From the NCBI GenBank assembly GCA_964518835.1, contig CAZFKU010000002.1, forward strand, positions 3,120-67,119: a DNA stretch of 64,000 nucleotides. The letters run 5' to 3'. The notes beneath the pieces are model-generated. The model was not told the DNA's origin. It ran no database searches and saw nothing but the letters and a program-made list of their open reading frames with translations. How positions within the stretch are numbered: position 1 is the stretch's first letter; each line of letters starts with the position of its first letter. Both the position numbers and the translations under genes were made by a program. This stretch comes from an uncultured bacterium (lineage in GTDB: Bacteria; Fidelibacterota; Marinisomatia; Marinisomatales; AB-629-J13). Positions 30,615-40,730 of this stretch are shown here, one piece after another.

Positions 30615-31955
30615 ATGAACCAAAACATCACTTTGAAACAATCAAAAGAACTCAAAAAACAAACCATTTCTGATGCGTCCTTGCGATTGGCAAGAAATGC
30701 TGCTATGCGAGGAGAGATTGAAGACCTTGCAATGGATTGGGAAGCCTATCGGAAAATTGATCATACATTCTCGGAAATGGTCTCTGGAGAAATGCCTGTA
30801 ACCAATCAAAAATCCAGTGGACGGTGTTGGGGGTTTGCCGGATTGAATTTATTCCGTATCTATCTGGGTAGAAAATATAATCTAAAAATGTTTGAATTCA
30901 GCCAGAGCTATTTCATGTTTTGGGACAAACTTGAAAAATCCAATTATTTTCTTGAAAATATAATTGCAACTTTGAATGAACCTAAAGACGGAAGACTCAT
31001 CATGCACCTTGTGGAAAATCCCATTCAGGATGGAGGCCAATGGCACATGTTCATCAATCTCATTAATAAATATGGTGTGGTTCCACAAACAGAAATGCCG
31101 GAGACCTTTCAGAGCAGTAAATCCATGCGGATGAACCGGATGATCACTCGAAAGTTGAGGGAATTTGCGAAGACTTTAAGGGATGCAAATAATAAAGGCG
31201 CAACCATTACAGATTTGCGAAATTTGAAAGAGGGTATGTTGGGGACCGTGTATCGCTTACTCACTATTCATTTAGGAACACCACCGGAAAATTTTGAGTG
31301 GCAAGTGAGAGACAAAAAAAAGAAATTTCACCGCTTTGAAGGTCTCACACCAAAACGGTTTTTTACAAATCATGTTGGGTTGGACTTACGTGATTATGTA
31401 TGTCTAATTAACTGCCCTATGTCCGATAAAACCTACAATGAAGTATATACAGTTGAATATCTTGGAAATGTATCGGGAGGTGAAAGTATCAAGTATTTAA
31501 ACCTTCCTTCTAAACGCCTCAGGGAGACTGCTATGGCGTCCATCAAAGATGATAGCCCTGTTTGGTTTGGGTGTGATGTAGGCAAACATTTTCACCGGTC
31601 ATTAGGAGTGATGGACATGGAATTGTTTGATTTTGATTTATTTTACGGAACAAGCTTTCCCATGACAAAAGCAGACCGTTTGGAATATGGAGACAGCCAG
31701 ATGACCCATGCCATGCTGTTTACCGGAGTAGATTTGGATTCAAAAGGCAAACCCCGGAAATGGCGGGTGGAAAACAGCTGGGGAAAGAAACGAAGTGACA
31801 AAGGCTACGATATTATGATGGACAACTGGTTTGATGAATATAATTATGAGGTGGTAGTTCATAAAAAATATTTGATAGGCGAAGAACTGGAAATTTATCA
31901 AAGGGAACCTGTAAAATTGCCCCCCTGGGATCCCATGGGGGCGTTGGCAAAATAA
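30615..31955 (+). CDS. pepC: Aminopeptidase C / bleomycin hydrolase (peptidase C1B)
   Basis: 446 aa. QKSSGRCWGFAGLN (catalytic Cys), HAMLFTGVD, VENSWG. Confidence 0.9.
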   Translation: MNQNITLKQSKELKKQTISDASLRLARNAAMRGEIEDLAMDWEAYRKIDHTFSEMVSGEMPVTNQKSSGRCWGFAGLNLFRIYLGRKYNLKMFEFSQSYFMFWDKLEKSNYFLENIIATLNEPKDGRLIMHLVENPIQDGGQWHMFINLINKYGVVPQTEMPETFQSSKSMRMNRMITRKLREFAKTLRDANNKGATITDLRNLKEGMLGTVYRLLTIHLGTPPENFEWQVRDKKKKFHRFEGLTPKRFFTNHVGLDLRDYVCLINCPMSDKTYNEVYTVEYLGNVSGGESIKYLNLPSKRLRETAMASIKDDSPVWFGCDVGKHFHRSLGVMDMELFDFDLFYGTSFPMTKADRLEYGDSQMTHAMLFTGVDLDSKGKPRKWRVENSWGKKRSDKGYDIMMDNWFDEYNYEVVVHKKYLIGEELEIYQREPVKLPPWDPMGALAK

Positions 31956-31963
31956 TTTAGTTT

Positions 31964-33097
31964 GTGAAAGAATCTTTTCTTCTATCCCCAGATGTAACCT
32001 TCCTCAACCACGGCTCCTTTGGTGCCTGCCCCCAGCAGGTTTTTGAAAAATATCAGTATTGGCAGAAAAAACTGGAAGAACAACCGGTTCAGTTTATGGC
32101 GGAAGATGTTTACAGACATTTGGAATCCGCACGAGTTGCATTAGGAAAATTTGTGGGATGCGATGGGAATGATTTATTTTTTGTCCCCAATCCAACCACA
32201 GGAGTAACCACCATCATAAACAGTTTTGAACTGAATTCGGGAGATGAAATTCTTTCCACAGACCATGAGTACGGTGCATTGATCCGTAGTTGGGAAGCAT
32301 ACACAGGCAGGACAGGAACTCACTTTATCCAAAGAAATATCCCTTTCCCCTGCATTACACACGAGGAATTCACTGAGTATTTTTGGGAAGGCGTTACGGA
32401 AAAGACAAAAGTGATTTTCCTAAGTCAAATTACCAGTTCCACAGCATTGATTTTTCCAGTTAAAGAAATTTGTAAAAGAGCAAGAGAAATGGGAATTCTC
32501 ACCATCATTGACGGCGCACATGTCCCGGGGCATATTCCTCTCACTATTTCAGAAATAGACCCGGATGTGTATGTAGGTGCCTGTCATAAATGGCTTTGTG
32601 CACCTAAGGGTTCATCATTTGTCTATGTGCGGAAATCATTTCAAGACAAAGTAAAACCACTTATCACCAGTTGGGGAAAAGAGGGAGTTGATCCTTCTGA
32701 AACCAATTTTTTACTTGAAAACCAATGGCAGGGAACCCGGGATATGAGCGCTTTCTTGACTGTGCCGACTGCCATAGAATTCCAACAAAATGATGACTGG
32801 AATATTCAAACGGAAAAATGCAGATGGATGGTACGGGAAACCCGCAGTAGGTTGGATGATTATTTTGAAATCAATCATCTATGTCCCAATAAGGAAGAAT
32901 GGTTGGGCCAAATGGCAAGTGTAGAAATCAAAACTGATGATCCAATCAATTTGAAAAGTACACTACTAAAAGAATTTTCCATTGAAGTGCCTATTTTTGA
33001 ATGGAATGAAAAAACACTTTTACGATATTCGTTTCAGGTGTACAACGATCAACAGGATGCGGATTTACTGATTTATGCGTTAAGGGAGATATTATAA
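31964..33097 (+). CDS. Aminotransferase class V (isopenicillin-N-epimerase / cysteine-desulfurase-like)
   Basis: 377 aa, GTG start. FLNHGSFGACP, IIDGAHVPGH, GACHKWLCAPKGSSF (PLP-Lys). Confidence 0.8.
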   Translation: MKESFLLSPDVTFLNHGSFGACPQQVFEKYQYWQKKLEEQPVQFMAEDVYRHLESARVALGKFVGCDGNDLFFVPNPTTGVTTIINSFELNSGDEILSTDHEYGALIRSWEAYTGRTGTHFIQRNIPFPCITHEEFTEYFWEGVTEKTKVIFLSQITSSTALIFPVKEICKRAREMGILTIIDGAHVPGHIPLTISEIDPDVYVGACHKWLCAPKGSSFVYVRKSFQDKVKPLITSWGKEGVDPSETNFLLENQWQGTRDMSAFLTVPTAIEFQQNDDWNIQTEKCRWMVRETRSRLDDYFEINHLCPNKEEWLGQMASVEIKTDDPINLKSTLLKEFSIEVPIFEWNEKTLLRYSFQVYNDQQDADLLIYALREIL

Positions 33098-34534
33098 TTT
33101 CACTTTAGCATTCACTAAAGCCTTCTTCCAAATCTCTAATTTTTCTTCCCTCTGAGTATCAGTCATTTTGGAAAAATATTCTTCCTGAAATGAATGGGTA
33201 ATTTTAGGAAATTCACCAAATTGGTTTTTAAATAAAAGGCGAAATACTCCCAATGCGGTTTTATCCTTTAGTGCAGACAATTTCACAGGAACCTTCAATA
33301 AATCCGCAATGAATTGCAGTAGGGGTTTTCTGGCACCACCTCCACCAGTGTGAACCACAGAAATTTTGAATCCGGCTTTTTTGAGAGTTTGTATTATATC
33401 GTGAACTAAAAACCCAATGGATTCCATTCCGGCTCTGATAATTTCGTTGTTTGATGCATTTTCCAAATTATAGAAAATAGATTTCTCTGGTTGAACCCAA
33501 TAGGGAGAGGTAATTCCGGTAAAACCGGGTATGAGAGCTCCATTTGTCGTTGTTTTTATACATCTTTTATCCCATTTCATTTTTTTATGGGGAATATTTA
33601 AATGGTCTTCCAACCAGTAAAAAAGAGAATTGCAAGCATTGATAGTTCCTTCTAAAAAAAATTGATAATTGAATTTTGAAGACCAAAATAAATTTGACAT
33701 AAGTCCATTTATAAATTTCGGCTTGTTTCCTGAATAACATTGAACAGAGCCTGATGTCCCTAAATTTACTGCAATTGTCCCGGACTCGGTAAAGCCCTGC
33801 CCCATCAATGCTGCCTGTTGATCACCGATGACACAAAATAGAGGAATGCTTTGATGGTTATTTGTTACCTTTCCAAAATCATGGATTGTCGGAACCAACG
33901 GAGGAAGGCTTGACCTGTTGACATTGAATAATTTATACAAACTGTCATCCCAATTGAGAGAAGCCAATGAAAATAATTGAGAACGCCCGGCTATTGAATG
34001 ATCCACAACAGCCGTTCCGGTTAAAACGTGTGTTAGGTAAGAACTAAGTGGACCAAAAAAGGTATTCCCTGATTTGACTCCCTCCTCAAGTTCAGGGGAA
34101 TTATTAATGAGATGAATATATTTTAAAGCTCCAAAATGACCGCTTAGGGGGACACCTGTTTTTCTGTAAACCGTCTGTTTTTGTTTCTTGAATTTCTTAA
34201 CGAGATAATGAGCCCGGTTATCCTGCCAACTGAGAGCTGGAGTTAGGGGATAACCGGATTTTTTATCCCAGAATAAAAAGGTTGACCTCTGCACCGCTAA
34301 TCCAATGGAGAGAATTCCTCCATTTTTTTCTTCTGACCAATTTAGTGCAGAAACCATTAATTTTTTCACCACGTCAGCAATGGATTGGGCGTTATCTTGA
34401 ATATGGAGCGGTTTAGGGCGGATTAAACTGTGTTTAATTTTTTCACTGAAACAAACTTCTCCTTTTTCATTAAATAGAAAAGATTTAGTTCCACTTGTTC
34501 CCTGATCAATAATAAGAAAGTAATGAACCTTCAT
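33092..34534 (-). CDS. FGGY-family carbohydrate kinase (glycerol-kinase-like)
   Basis: 480 aa. LIIDQGTSGTKSFLF, VIGDQQAALMGQG, HTGGGGARKPLLQFIADLL. Confidence 0.8.
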   Translation of the reverse strand: MKVHYFLIIDQGTSGTKSFLFNEKGEVCFSEKIKHSLIRPKPLHIQDNAQSIADVVKKLMVSALNWSEEKNGGILSIGLAVQRSTFLFWDKKSGYPLTPALSWQDNRAHYLVKKFKKQKQTVYRKTGVPLSGHFGALKYIHLINNSPELEEGVKSGNTFFGPLSSYLTHVLTGTAVVDHSIAGRSQLFSLASLNWDDSLYKLFNVNRSSLPPLVPTIHDFGKVTNNHQSIPLFCVIGDQQAALMGQGFTESGTIAVNLGTSGSVQCYSGNKPKFINGLMSNLFWSSKFNYQFFLEGTINACNSLFYWLEDHLNIPHKKMKWDKRCIKTTTNGALIPGFTGITSPYWVQPEKSIFYNLENASNNEIIRAGMESIGFLVHDIIQTLKKAGFKISVVHTGGGGARKPLLQFIADLLKVPVKLSALKDKTALGVFRLLFKNQFGEFPKITHSFQEEYFSKMTDTQREEKLEIWKKALVNAKVKL

Positions 34535-35734
34535 CTACTGGTAATTTAAAATTTTTCGATTTAAAAATCCAATAAGTCCGGTGAGTGTACCTCCGATTCC
34601 GAACAGCAGAAACACAATATGAATAGAAACAAATTCAGCCAAAATTCCCACTAAAGCTGTTGAAACTGCTGTCATACCAGAAACAGCCAAATGAACCATA
34701 GAAAACAGTCTGCCATGATAGTTGTTCGGTGTATATTTTTGGAGAATGGCTGTTCGGGAAACCGTAATAACCGGAATTCCCATTCCATGAAAAATGATGA
34801 TAAACAAAGCCATTGGAACCGATTGAACCCAAAAGAAAAGAGCGTAAGTCAATCCATCCCAAAGCATCCCCAGTAAAAGAAGAAATCCGCTTTTAAATCG
34901 TTGAGCAAATCGGTACATAAAAAACGATCCTGTCAACATCCCCAAAGCCATACCTGCTTCTACGAAGGCAAAGTCGGAGGCTGAACCACTCAAGTAATGT
35001 TTGATCATAATTGGCATCCCCACAATAGCTGGTCCCATGATGAAAATATTATTCACGATAGTCAAAATGATTAGAAGTCCAATTGAACCGTGGGTTTTCA
35101 AATAGGTAAATCCGGACTTTAATTCCTGGAATGGAACCCCCCTATTTGATTTTCTAATTTTATTTGGAGACCTGATGGTCAAAAGCAGTAGACCAGCTAA
35201 CAAGAAAGACATAGCATCCCAGACAAACAGTAATTTCACTGACATTACATTTAATAATATGCCGGCTAAAGCTGGTCCGGCTAAATATGCAAACTGTCCG
35301 CTGGTTGCTATCAGCGAATTTATTTTCATTAATGAATCACGGGGAAAGAGTTCAGGTAGAAATGCATTCATTGCCGGTGGAAATAAAGAACCGAATGAAG
35401 CACGAACAAAAGCCAGGATCCCAATGACGAATCCTATTTTAATATCCACGAATAATAGGATTGGAATAATGGCAACAACAATTGCCTGTGAAAAATTTGA
35501 GAATAACATTAGCCTTATTCTATTATGTCTGTCAGCTAAAACCCCTGCAAAAATTCCAAAAAGTATTGCTGGTAAATGAGCGCCCATTGCCACAAGTCCT
35601 GTTGCAAGAGTGGATTCAGTTATTTCAAGAATAATCCAAACCAGCGCTAATTGATAAACCGCATCTCCTGTAGCTGAAACGGTCTGAGCAGACCAGAGTT
35701 TTAAAGTGTTTTGTTTGATATGAGACCGGTTCAA
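34535..35734 (-). CDS. MFS transporter
   Basis: 399 aa, 12 predicted TM helices. GVLADRHNRIRLM loop motif between TM2 and TM3. Confidence 0.8.
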   Translation of the reverse strand: MNRSHIKQNTLKLWSAQTVSATGDAVYQLALVWIILEITESTLATGLVAMGAHLPAILFGIFAGVLADRHNRIRLMLFSNFSQAIVVAIIPILLFVDIKIGFVIGILAFVRASFGSLFPPAMNAFLPELFPRDSLMKINSLIATSGQFAYLAGPALAGILLNVMSVKLLFVWDAMSFLLAGLLLLTIRSPNKIRKSNRGVPFQELKSGFTYLKTHGSIGLLIILTIVNNIFIMGPAIVGMPIMIKHYLSGSASDFAFVEAGMALGMLTGSFFMYRFAQRFKSGFLLLLGMLWDGLTYALFFWVQSVPMALFIIIFHGMGIPVITVSRTAILQKYTPNNYHGRLFSMVHLAVSGMTAVSTALVGILAEFVSIHIVFLLFGIGGTLTGLIGFLNRKILNYQ

Positions 35735-35974
35735 GACAACCTTGGAGAAAAATAATTGAATTTTCTGAGAAGTTTCAAATTTCTGATTACATTAGTGAGA
35801 GATTTTTCTAAGTTCAATAAGCTTTCCTACTCCGTAGAGTTGGTATTTAAACGATGAGTAATGACAGAGCGAATTTATTACCTAAAAGACTTTTCCCCAT
35901 GATGAAATCATCACTAATTTTCGGGGTTTCATACAAAAATTATTTTTTCATTATTAAATATTTAGGAGTAATAA

Positions 35975-36280
35975 ATGACCTATATTATTGCTGAACCATG
36001 TGTAGGAACCTGCGATACTGCTTGTGTAGAAGTTTGTCCTGTTGACTGCATTCACGGACCTTATGATAAAACCGGTGCGGGAGAAGAGGCAAAAGCAGAT
36101 GATTTTGTACCGAAGGATGATGACATGCTATACATTGATCCTGAGGAATGTATTGATTGTGGTGCCTGCGAACCGGAATGTCCCGTGGAAGCAATTTTTG
36201 AAGAAAGCGAGGTCCCTGAAGAGTGGAACAAATACATTAAAATCAACTACGAATGGTTTGGTCAAGAATATACCGGCTGA
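35975..36280 (+). CDS. fdxA: Ferredoxin (FdxA-type, 7Fe-like)
   Basis: 101 aa. TYIIAEPCVGTCDTACVEVCPVDCIH and YIDPEECIDCGACEPECPVEAIF. SD TAGGAG. Confidence 0.9.
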   Translation: MTYIIAEPCVGTCDTACVEVCPVDCIHGPYDKTGAGEEAKADDFVPKDDDMLYIDPEECIDCGACEPECPVEAIFEESEVPEEWNKYIKINYEWFGQEYTG

Positions 36281-36302
36281 TATTTCACATCCTCTATTTA
36301 TT

Positions 36303-36330
36303 AAACGGCTTTTTTAGGAAAGCCGTTTTT
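36303..36330 (+). terminator. Rho-independent terminator after fdxA
   Basis: AAACGGCTTT-TTTAGG-AAAGCCGTTT followed by TT. 10-bp stem (36303-36312 pairs with 36319-36328); the T-run partly lies within the stem. Confidence 0.65.
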
Positions 36331-36350
36331 CATCTTCACCCTATTTCCCC

Positions 36351-37463
36351 ATGACAAAAGATCAAGTCTTAAAGGTTTTATCCCAAATTAATTATCCGGG
36401 ATTTAGTCGTGATATTGTTTCGTTTGGGTTGATTGATAATATTTCACTAAGTGATGAGAATATCCGTATTACATTGAAGATTTCTGCTGACAAAACAAAA
36501 CAGGAAGAACTGCAATTAATGGTCAAGGATAAATTAGAATCACTCAAAACATTCCGCCATATAGATGTAACGGTTACCGGAACTGCCCAGCCTAAAAGCA
36601 GTATGGCTCAACCCATGAAACCGGAAAAAGTGAAGCATATCATTGCAGTTGCCAGTGGAAAAGGTGGGGTGGGGAAATCTACTGTGGCAGCCAATTTAGC
36701 CTGTTCATTTTTTCAAAACGGATACAAGGTTGGACTTCTCGATCTTGATATTTATGGTCCATCCCTGCCCATCATTTTGGGAATCAATGAATCTCCTCAG
36801 CTCACTCAGGAAAAAAAATTGATTCCCCTGGACTGGAATGGTATAAAAGTTCTCAGTTTTGGATTTATCAGCGGAAATGATGCTCCCACAATTTGGCGGG
36901 GTCCCCTTGTAGCACGAATGACCGAGCAGTTTTTCCGGGATGTTTCATGGGGAGAATTAGACTATCTCATTCTGGATTTACCACCCGGGACAGGGGATAT
37001 TCAACTAACATTGACTCAAAAAATACAGATCAGTGGAGCCGTTATAGTTACAACACCGCAGGATATTGCACTTTCTGATGTACGAAAGGGTGCTGATATG
37101 TTCCGCAAGGTCAATACACCGGTTTTAGGTGTAGTTGAAAATATGTCGGGATTGACCTTAAAAGGAAAAGTGGTTGATGATGAAGAAAATCCCCTTAGGA
37201 ATAGTTTGGTTACATTAGAGGACGGGTATGAGTCGACCACGGATGAAAAAGGAAAATTCCAAATAACTATTGATCTGTTTAAAAAGGGGGGTGGTGAAAA
37301 AGAAAGTAAGCGTCTTGGTGTACCCTTGTTGGGGAAAATTCCACTGTCACAATCTATAATGGATTCTACAGATGCAGGAACACCCCTTACATTCCTATCA
37401 TCTGAAATTTCTGAATCAAAATTATTTTCTCAAATTGTGTCAAAAATAGATAATGAACTTTAA
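36351..37463 (+). CDS. Mrp/NBP35/ApbC-family P-loop ATPase (iron-sulfur cluster carrier homolog) lacking the CXXC motif
   Basis: 370 aa. DUF59-like N-terminus, deviant Walker A VASGKGGVGKST, DLPPGTGD, VVENMS. The region that normally holds CXXC is replaced by a Cys-free insert (residues 266-310). Confidence 0.85.
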   Translation: MTKDQVLKVLSQINYPGFSRDIVSFGLIDNISLSDENIRITLKISADKTKQEELQLMVKDKLESLKTFRHIDVTVTGTAQPKSSMAQPMKPEKVKHIIAVASGKGGVGKSTVAANLACSFFQNGYKVGLLDLDIYGPSLPIILGINESPQLTQEKKLIPLDWNGIKVLSFGFISGNDAPTIWRGPLVARMTEQFFRDVSWGELDYLILDLPPGTGDIQLTLTQKIQISGAVIVTTPQDIALSDVRKGADMFRKVNTPVLGVVENMSGLTLKGKVVDDEENPLRNSLVTLEDGYESTTDEKGKFQITIDLFKKGGGEKESKRLGVPLLGKIPLSQSIMDSTDAGTPLTFLSSEISESKLFSQIVSKIDNEL

Positions 37464-37553
37464 TTCTTTTTGGTTTTCATATTTGGAACAGAATCACTTA
37501 ATAAACATAGAAGGGTTGAATTATTATCACCTTTATTTAATTTGTAGCATTTA

Positions 37554-38312
37554 GTGAATTATTCAAAACTAAGAGAGGAAATTCTTAACCGGGGAATTAT
37601 CCCGGAACATATTGCTATCATAATGGATGGAAATGGCAGGTGGGCAAAACAGAGATCAATGCCTCGCCTGGCAGGTCATCATGAAGGAATTAATTCGGTT
37701 CGGGAAATAACCCGTGTCTGCGGAGAAATAGGGGTAAAACATTTAACTCTTTATACCTTTTCCACTGAAAATTGGCAGCGCCCACAAAGAGAAGTCTCAG
37801 CGTTGATGAAACTGCTTCTCAACACCATCCGGGATGAAGTCAAAAGTCTCCATAAGAACAAAGTTAAATTAACAACAATAGGCGATTTAAATGCTCTTCC
37901 TGATTCTGCACGAAAAGGCATTTTGGAGGGTATTGAATTAACTGAGGATAACACCGGGCTGAACCTGGTTTTAGCACTGAATTATGGTTCCAGACAGGAA
38001 TTAATAATGGCAGTGAATAAAATAATGGATCAAATAGATTCAGGAGAAGTAAAGCCGGAACAGATTTCCGAACAAACCATTTCGAATAATCTTTACACAA
38101 ACAATATCAAAGATCCGGATTTATTGATCAGAACCGGTGGAGAACATAGAATCAGCAATTTTTTATTGTGGCAATCGGCTTATTCTGAATTATATATGAC
38201 CGACACATATTGGCCTGAGTTTCGAGAAGAACAGCTATTAACCGCTATTCATGAATTTCAAAACAGGGAACGGCGATTCGGGAAAATAAGTAAGCAAGTA
38301 CAGACTGCATGA
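37554..38312 (+). CDS. uppS: Undecaprenyl diphosphate synthase (cis-isoprenyl transferase)
   Basis: 252 aa, GTG start. HIAIIMDGNGRWA, LTLYTFSTENW, RTGGEHRISNFLLWQSAYSE. Confidence 0.93.
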   Translation: MNYSKLREEILNRGIIPEHIAIIMDGNGRWAKQRSMPRLAGHHEGINSVREITRVCGEIGVKHLTLYTFSTENWQRPQREVSALMKLLLNTIRDEVKSLHKNKVKLTTIGDLNALPDSARKGILEGIELTEDNTGLNLVLALNYGSRQELIMAVNKIMDQIDSGEVKPEQISEQTISNNLYTNNIKDPDLLIRTGGEHRISNFLLWQSAYSELYMTDTYWPEFREEQLLTAIHEFQNRERRFGKISKQVQTA

Positions 38313-40708
38313 AGAACAAATTTTATCTATTCCTTTTCTCCCTCTGTTTTTTCAGTTTGTTTGGGCAACCTGCTTCTGAAATAAAAATCCTTGATGTAAC
38401 TGTTGAGGGGAATGTGGTTACAACCGATCGAATGATTCGATATACCGCTTCATTAAAAGTAGGGAATGAAGTGAAACCGGGAGACTTTTCCAAAGCGGTA
38501 AAACGGTTATGGAATTTGGGGATGTTTGCAGATATTCAAATCAGACTTGACGAAGAAACTGAAGACGGAATTAAAATAACCATTGTAGTTGAAGAAACGC
38601 CCATACTTGGGAAAATTTATTTTAAGGGAAATAAGAAAATCAAAGACTCCCAGTTAGAAGAAGAGCTAATGCTTGTATCCGGACAACGGCTTAAGCTGAA
38701 TACAATCCATGAAAAAATACAGGAATTAAAAACAATTTACTCAGAAGACGGTTTTTTATTGGCGGAGATTAAAAGTGAATTGACTCCTGCAAAAACCGTT
38801 CGGTCAAATGACCCAAAAATTTTGGAAATCACAAAAGATTTGACATTTCTCATAAAAGAAAACCGGAAAGTAAAAATCGGCACCATTAAATTTGAAGGAA
38901 ATAAATCTTTTTCTGATTGGAGACTCAGAAGAGTACTAAAAAATACAAAACAGCAAAGGTGGTATCTATTTTGGCGATCCCATTTTGACGATGAAAAATT
39001 TGATGAAGATATTGAATCACTCACTGCTTTTTATAAAAATAAAGGGTATCGGGATTTCCAATTTATTTCCGATTCTGTAGGGTACGGCAGTAAAAATAAA
39101 AAAATGAATATGTACATAAAAATTACTGAGGGACAAAAATACAAATTCAGAAATTTTACCTGGGAAGGAAATACTCTGTATGATGAAGAAATATTGAGTA
39201 GAGCATTAGGGTTGAATAGCGGTGACACGTATAATGAGGAAAATTTCAACAAGGCAATTTATGAGCGGATGCAAAGCCTATACATGGATAGAGGATATAT
39301 CTACAGTCAAATTGAACCTTTGGTAACTCCGGTTGGGGAAGACTCACTGGACATTCATTTTAGAATTTCGGAGAATCATAAGGTTTTTGTGAGAAACATT
39401 ATGATTGGTGGTAATACCAAAACAAGAGAGAATGTGATTCGTCGTGAATTAAGGATTTTTCCAGGAGATGTGTTCAGCAGGGAAAAATTGATGCGCAGTC
39501 AGCAGGCGGTCTGGATGCTGAATTATTTCTCCAATGTAGTTCCAGATGTAGTTCAGGTGGACGAAGCTCAGGTAGACCTTGATCTGGTAGTCGAGGAAAA
39601 ATCTGCAGACCGGGCTAACGCAAATATAGGATTTACAGGTGAATACGGGATGACCGGTGGCGGCGGACTTGAGTTCAATAATTTTAGAGGTTTGGGTCAG
39701 CGATTGATCTTCAGTTTTAATACAGGTACAAATTATTCAATTTATACCACCAATACCCCTTCCAAATACCAATCTATAAGCTTCAGTTTTACCGATCCGA
39801 TGGTGTATGACACACCCAATTTATTAGGTTTTTCAATCTATTATTCATTTCGTGGTGCCTCAACAAATTATTATTTTCCATTGGATTTTACGGTTAAGGG
39901 TGGATCTCTTACATGGGGCAGGCGCTTCCGTTGGCCTGATGACTATTTTAGAGGTAACTGGGCTTTGCGAGCCGTTGAAAAAGAATACAGCGGTGACCAG
40001 GACGACCTCGATCAATATGTAAAAGGATTAAACGTTTCACGGGGCATAAATCTGACCCAGATTGTCAGCAGGGACAGCCGGAACCGACCGGAATTTCCCA
40101 CGCTGGGATCCATGTTTTCCTTGGAAACCACCTTGTCCGGAGGGCTTTTGGGAGGGAATGAAGACTTTCATAAACATGTTTTGAAGTTAGAGTGGTATAC
40201 ACCTACATTCTGGAAATTTGTTTTGAAAAGTTCTTTTCATTTGGGGATGATAAAATCACTGCCTTCTCAGGAAGATGAACTTTCTATCATTCCCTTCGAT
40301 GAACGATTTATTATGGGCGGAAATGGAATTCCCTATGGGAATATGCTACGAGGATATCCGGATAATTCCATCGGTCCTGTTACTTCAGGCGGGAGTCCGA
40401 TTGGAGGAAATGCGATGATAAAATTTAATACGGAATTCAGATTTCCCTTTTCGGAAAATCCCGTTGTTTACGGTCTGATTTTTGGCGAAATGGGAAATGT
40501 CTGGAATTCACATCATATGACTGAACCGTTTAATATTCCCAGGGCGGGAGCACTGACCTTAAGAAAGTCAGCAGGTGTTGGCATTCGGTTTTTTATGCCA
40601 ATGATCGGTATGCTGGGATTTGATTTAGGTTATGGTTTTGATGATATAACCGGGTCTGGTAATCCTCAGGGATGGACATCAACCATCATATTTGGACAAC
40701 CATTTTAA
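38309..40708 (+). CDS. bamA: Outer membrane protein assembly factor BamA
   Basis: 799 aa. Signal peptide, POTRA repeats (ILDVTVEGN, IKFEGN, FTWEGN, RNIMIGGNTKTRENVIRREL), and a C-terminal Omp85 barrel ending in IIFGQPF. Confidence 0.93.
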   Translation: MKNKFYLFLFSLCFFSLFGQPASEIKILDVTVEGNVVTTDRMIRYTASLKVGNEVKPGDFSKAVKRLWNLGMFADIQIRLDEETEDGIKITIVVEETPILGKIYFKGNKKIKDSQLEEELMLVSGQRLKLNTIHEKIQELKTIYSEDGFLLAEIKSELTPAKTVRSNDPKILEITKDLTFLIKENRKVKIGTIKFEGNKSFSDWRLRRVLKNTKQQRWYLFWRSHFDDEKFDEDIESLTAFYKNKGYRDFQFISDSVGYGSKNKKMNMYIKITEGQKYKFRNFTWEGNTLYDEEILSRALGLNSGDTYNEENFNKAIYERMQSLYMDRGYIYSQIEPLVTPVGEDSLDIHFRISENHKVFVRNIMIGGNTKTRENVIRRELRIFPGDVFSREKLMRSQQAVWMLNYFSNVVPDVVQVDEAQVDLDLVVEEKSADRANANIGFTGEYGMTGGGGLEFNNFRGLGQRLIFSFNTGTNYSIYTTNTPSKYQSISFSFTDPMVYDTPNLLGFSIYYSFRGASTNYYFPLDFTVKGGSLTWGRRFRWPDDYFRGNWALRAVEKEYSGDQDDLDQYVKGLNVSRGINLTQIVSRDSRNRPEFPTLGSMFSLETTLSGGLLGGNEDFHKHVLKLEWYTPTFWKFVLKSSFHLGMIKSLPSQEDELSIIPFDERFIMGGNGIPYGNMLRGYPDNSIGPVTSGGSPIGGNAMIKFNTEFRFPFSENPVVYGLIFGEMGNVWNSHHMTEPFNIPRAGALTLRKSAGVGIRFFMPMIGMLGFDLGYGFDDITGSGNPQGWTSTIIFGQPF

Positions 40709-40730
40709 TTAATTTCTCAGGAGGAGAAAA

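Noticed and set aside
35175-35579. 134-aa plus-strand ORF
   Set aside because: It is antisense within the 12-TM MFS transporter gene. This is a shadow ORF.
35735-35974. 240-nt intergenic region between the MFS gene and fdxA, checked for an ncRNA, riboswitch or small ORF (a 49-codon ORF starts at 35854)
   Set aside because: I found no convincing stem-loops beyond a short GATGA-AA-TCATC hairpin and no known riboswitch core motif. The small ORF lacks an SD and overlaps the fdxA start. The region is most simply a divergent promoter.
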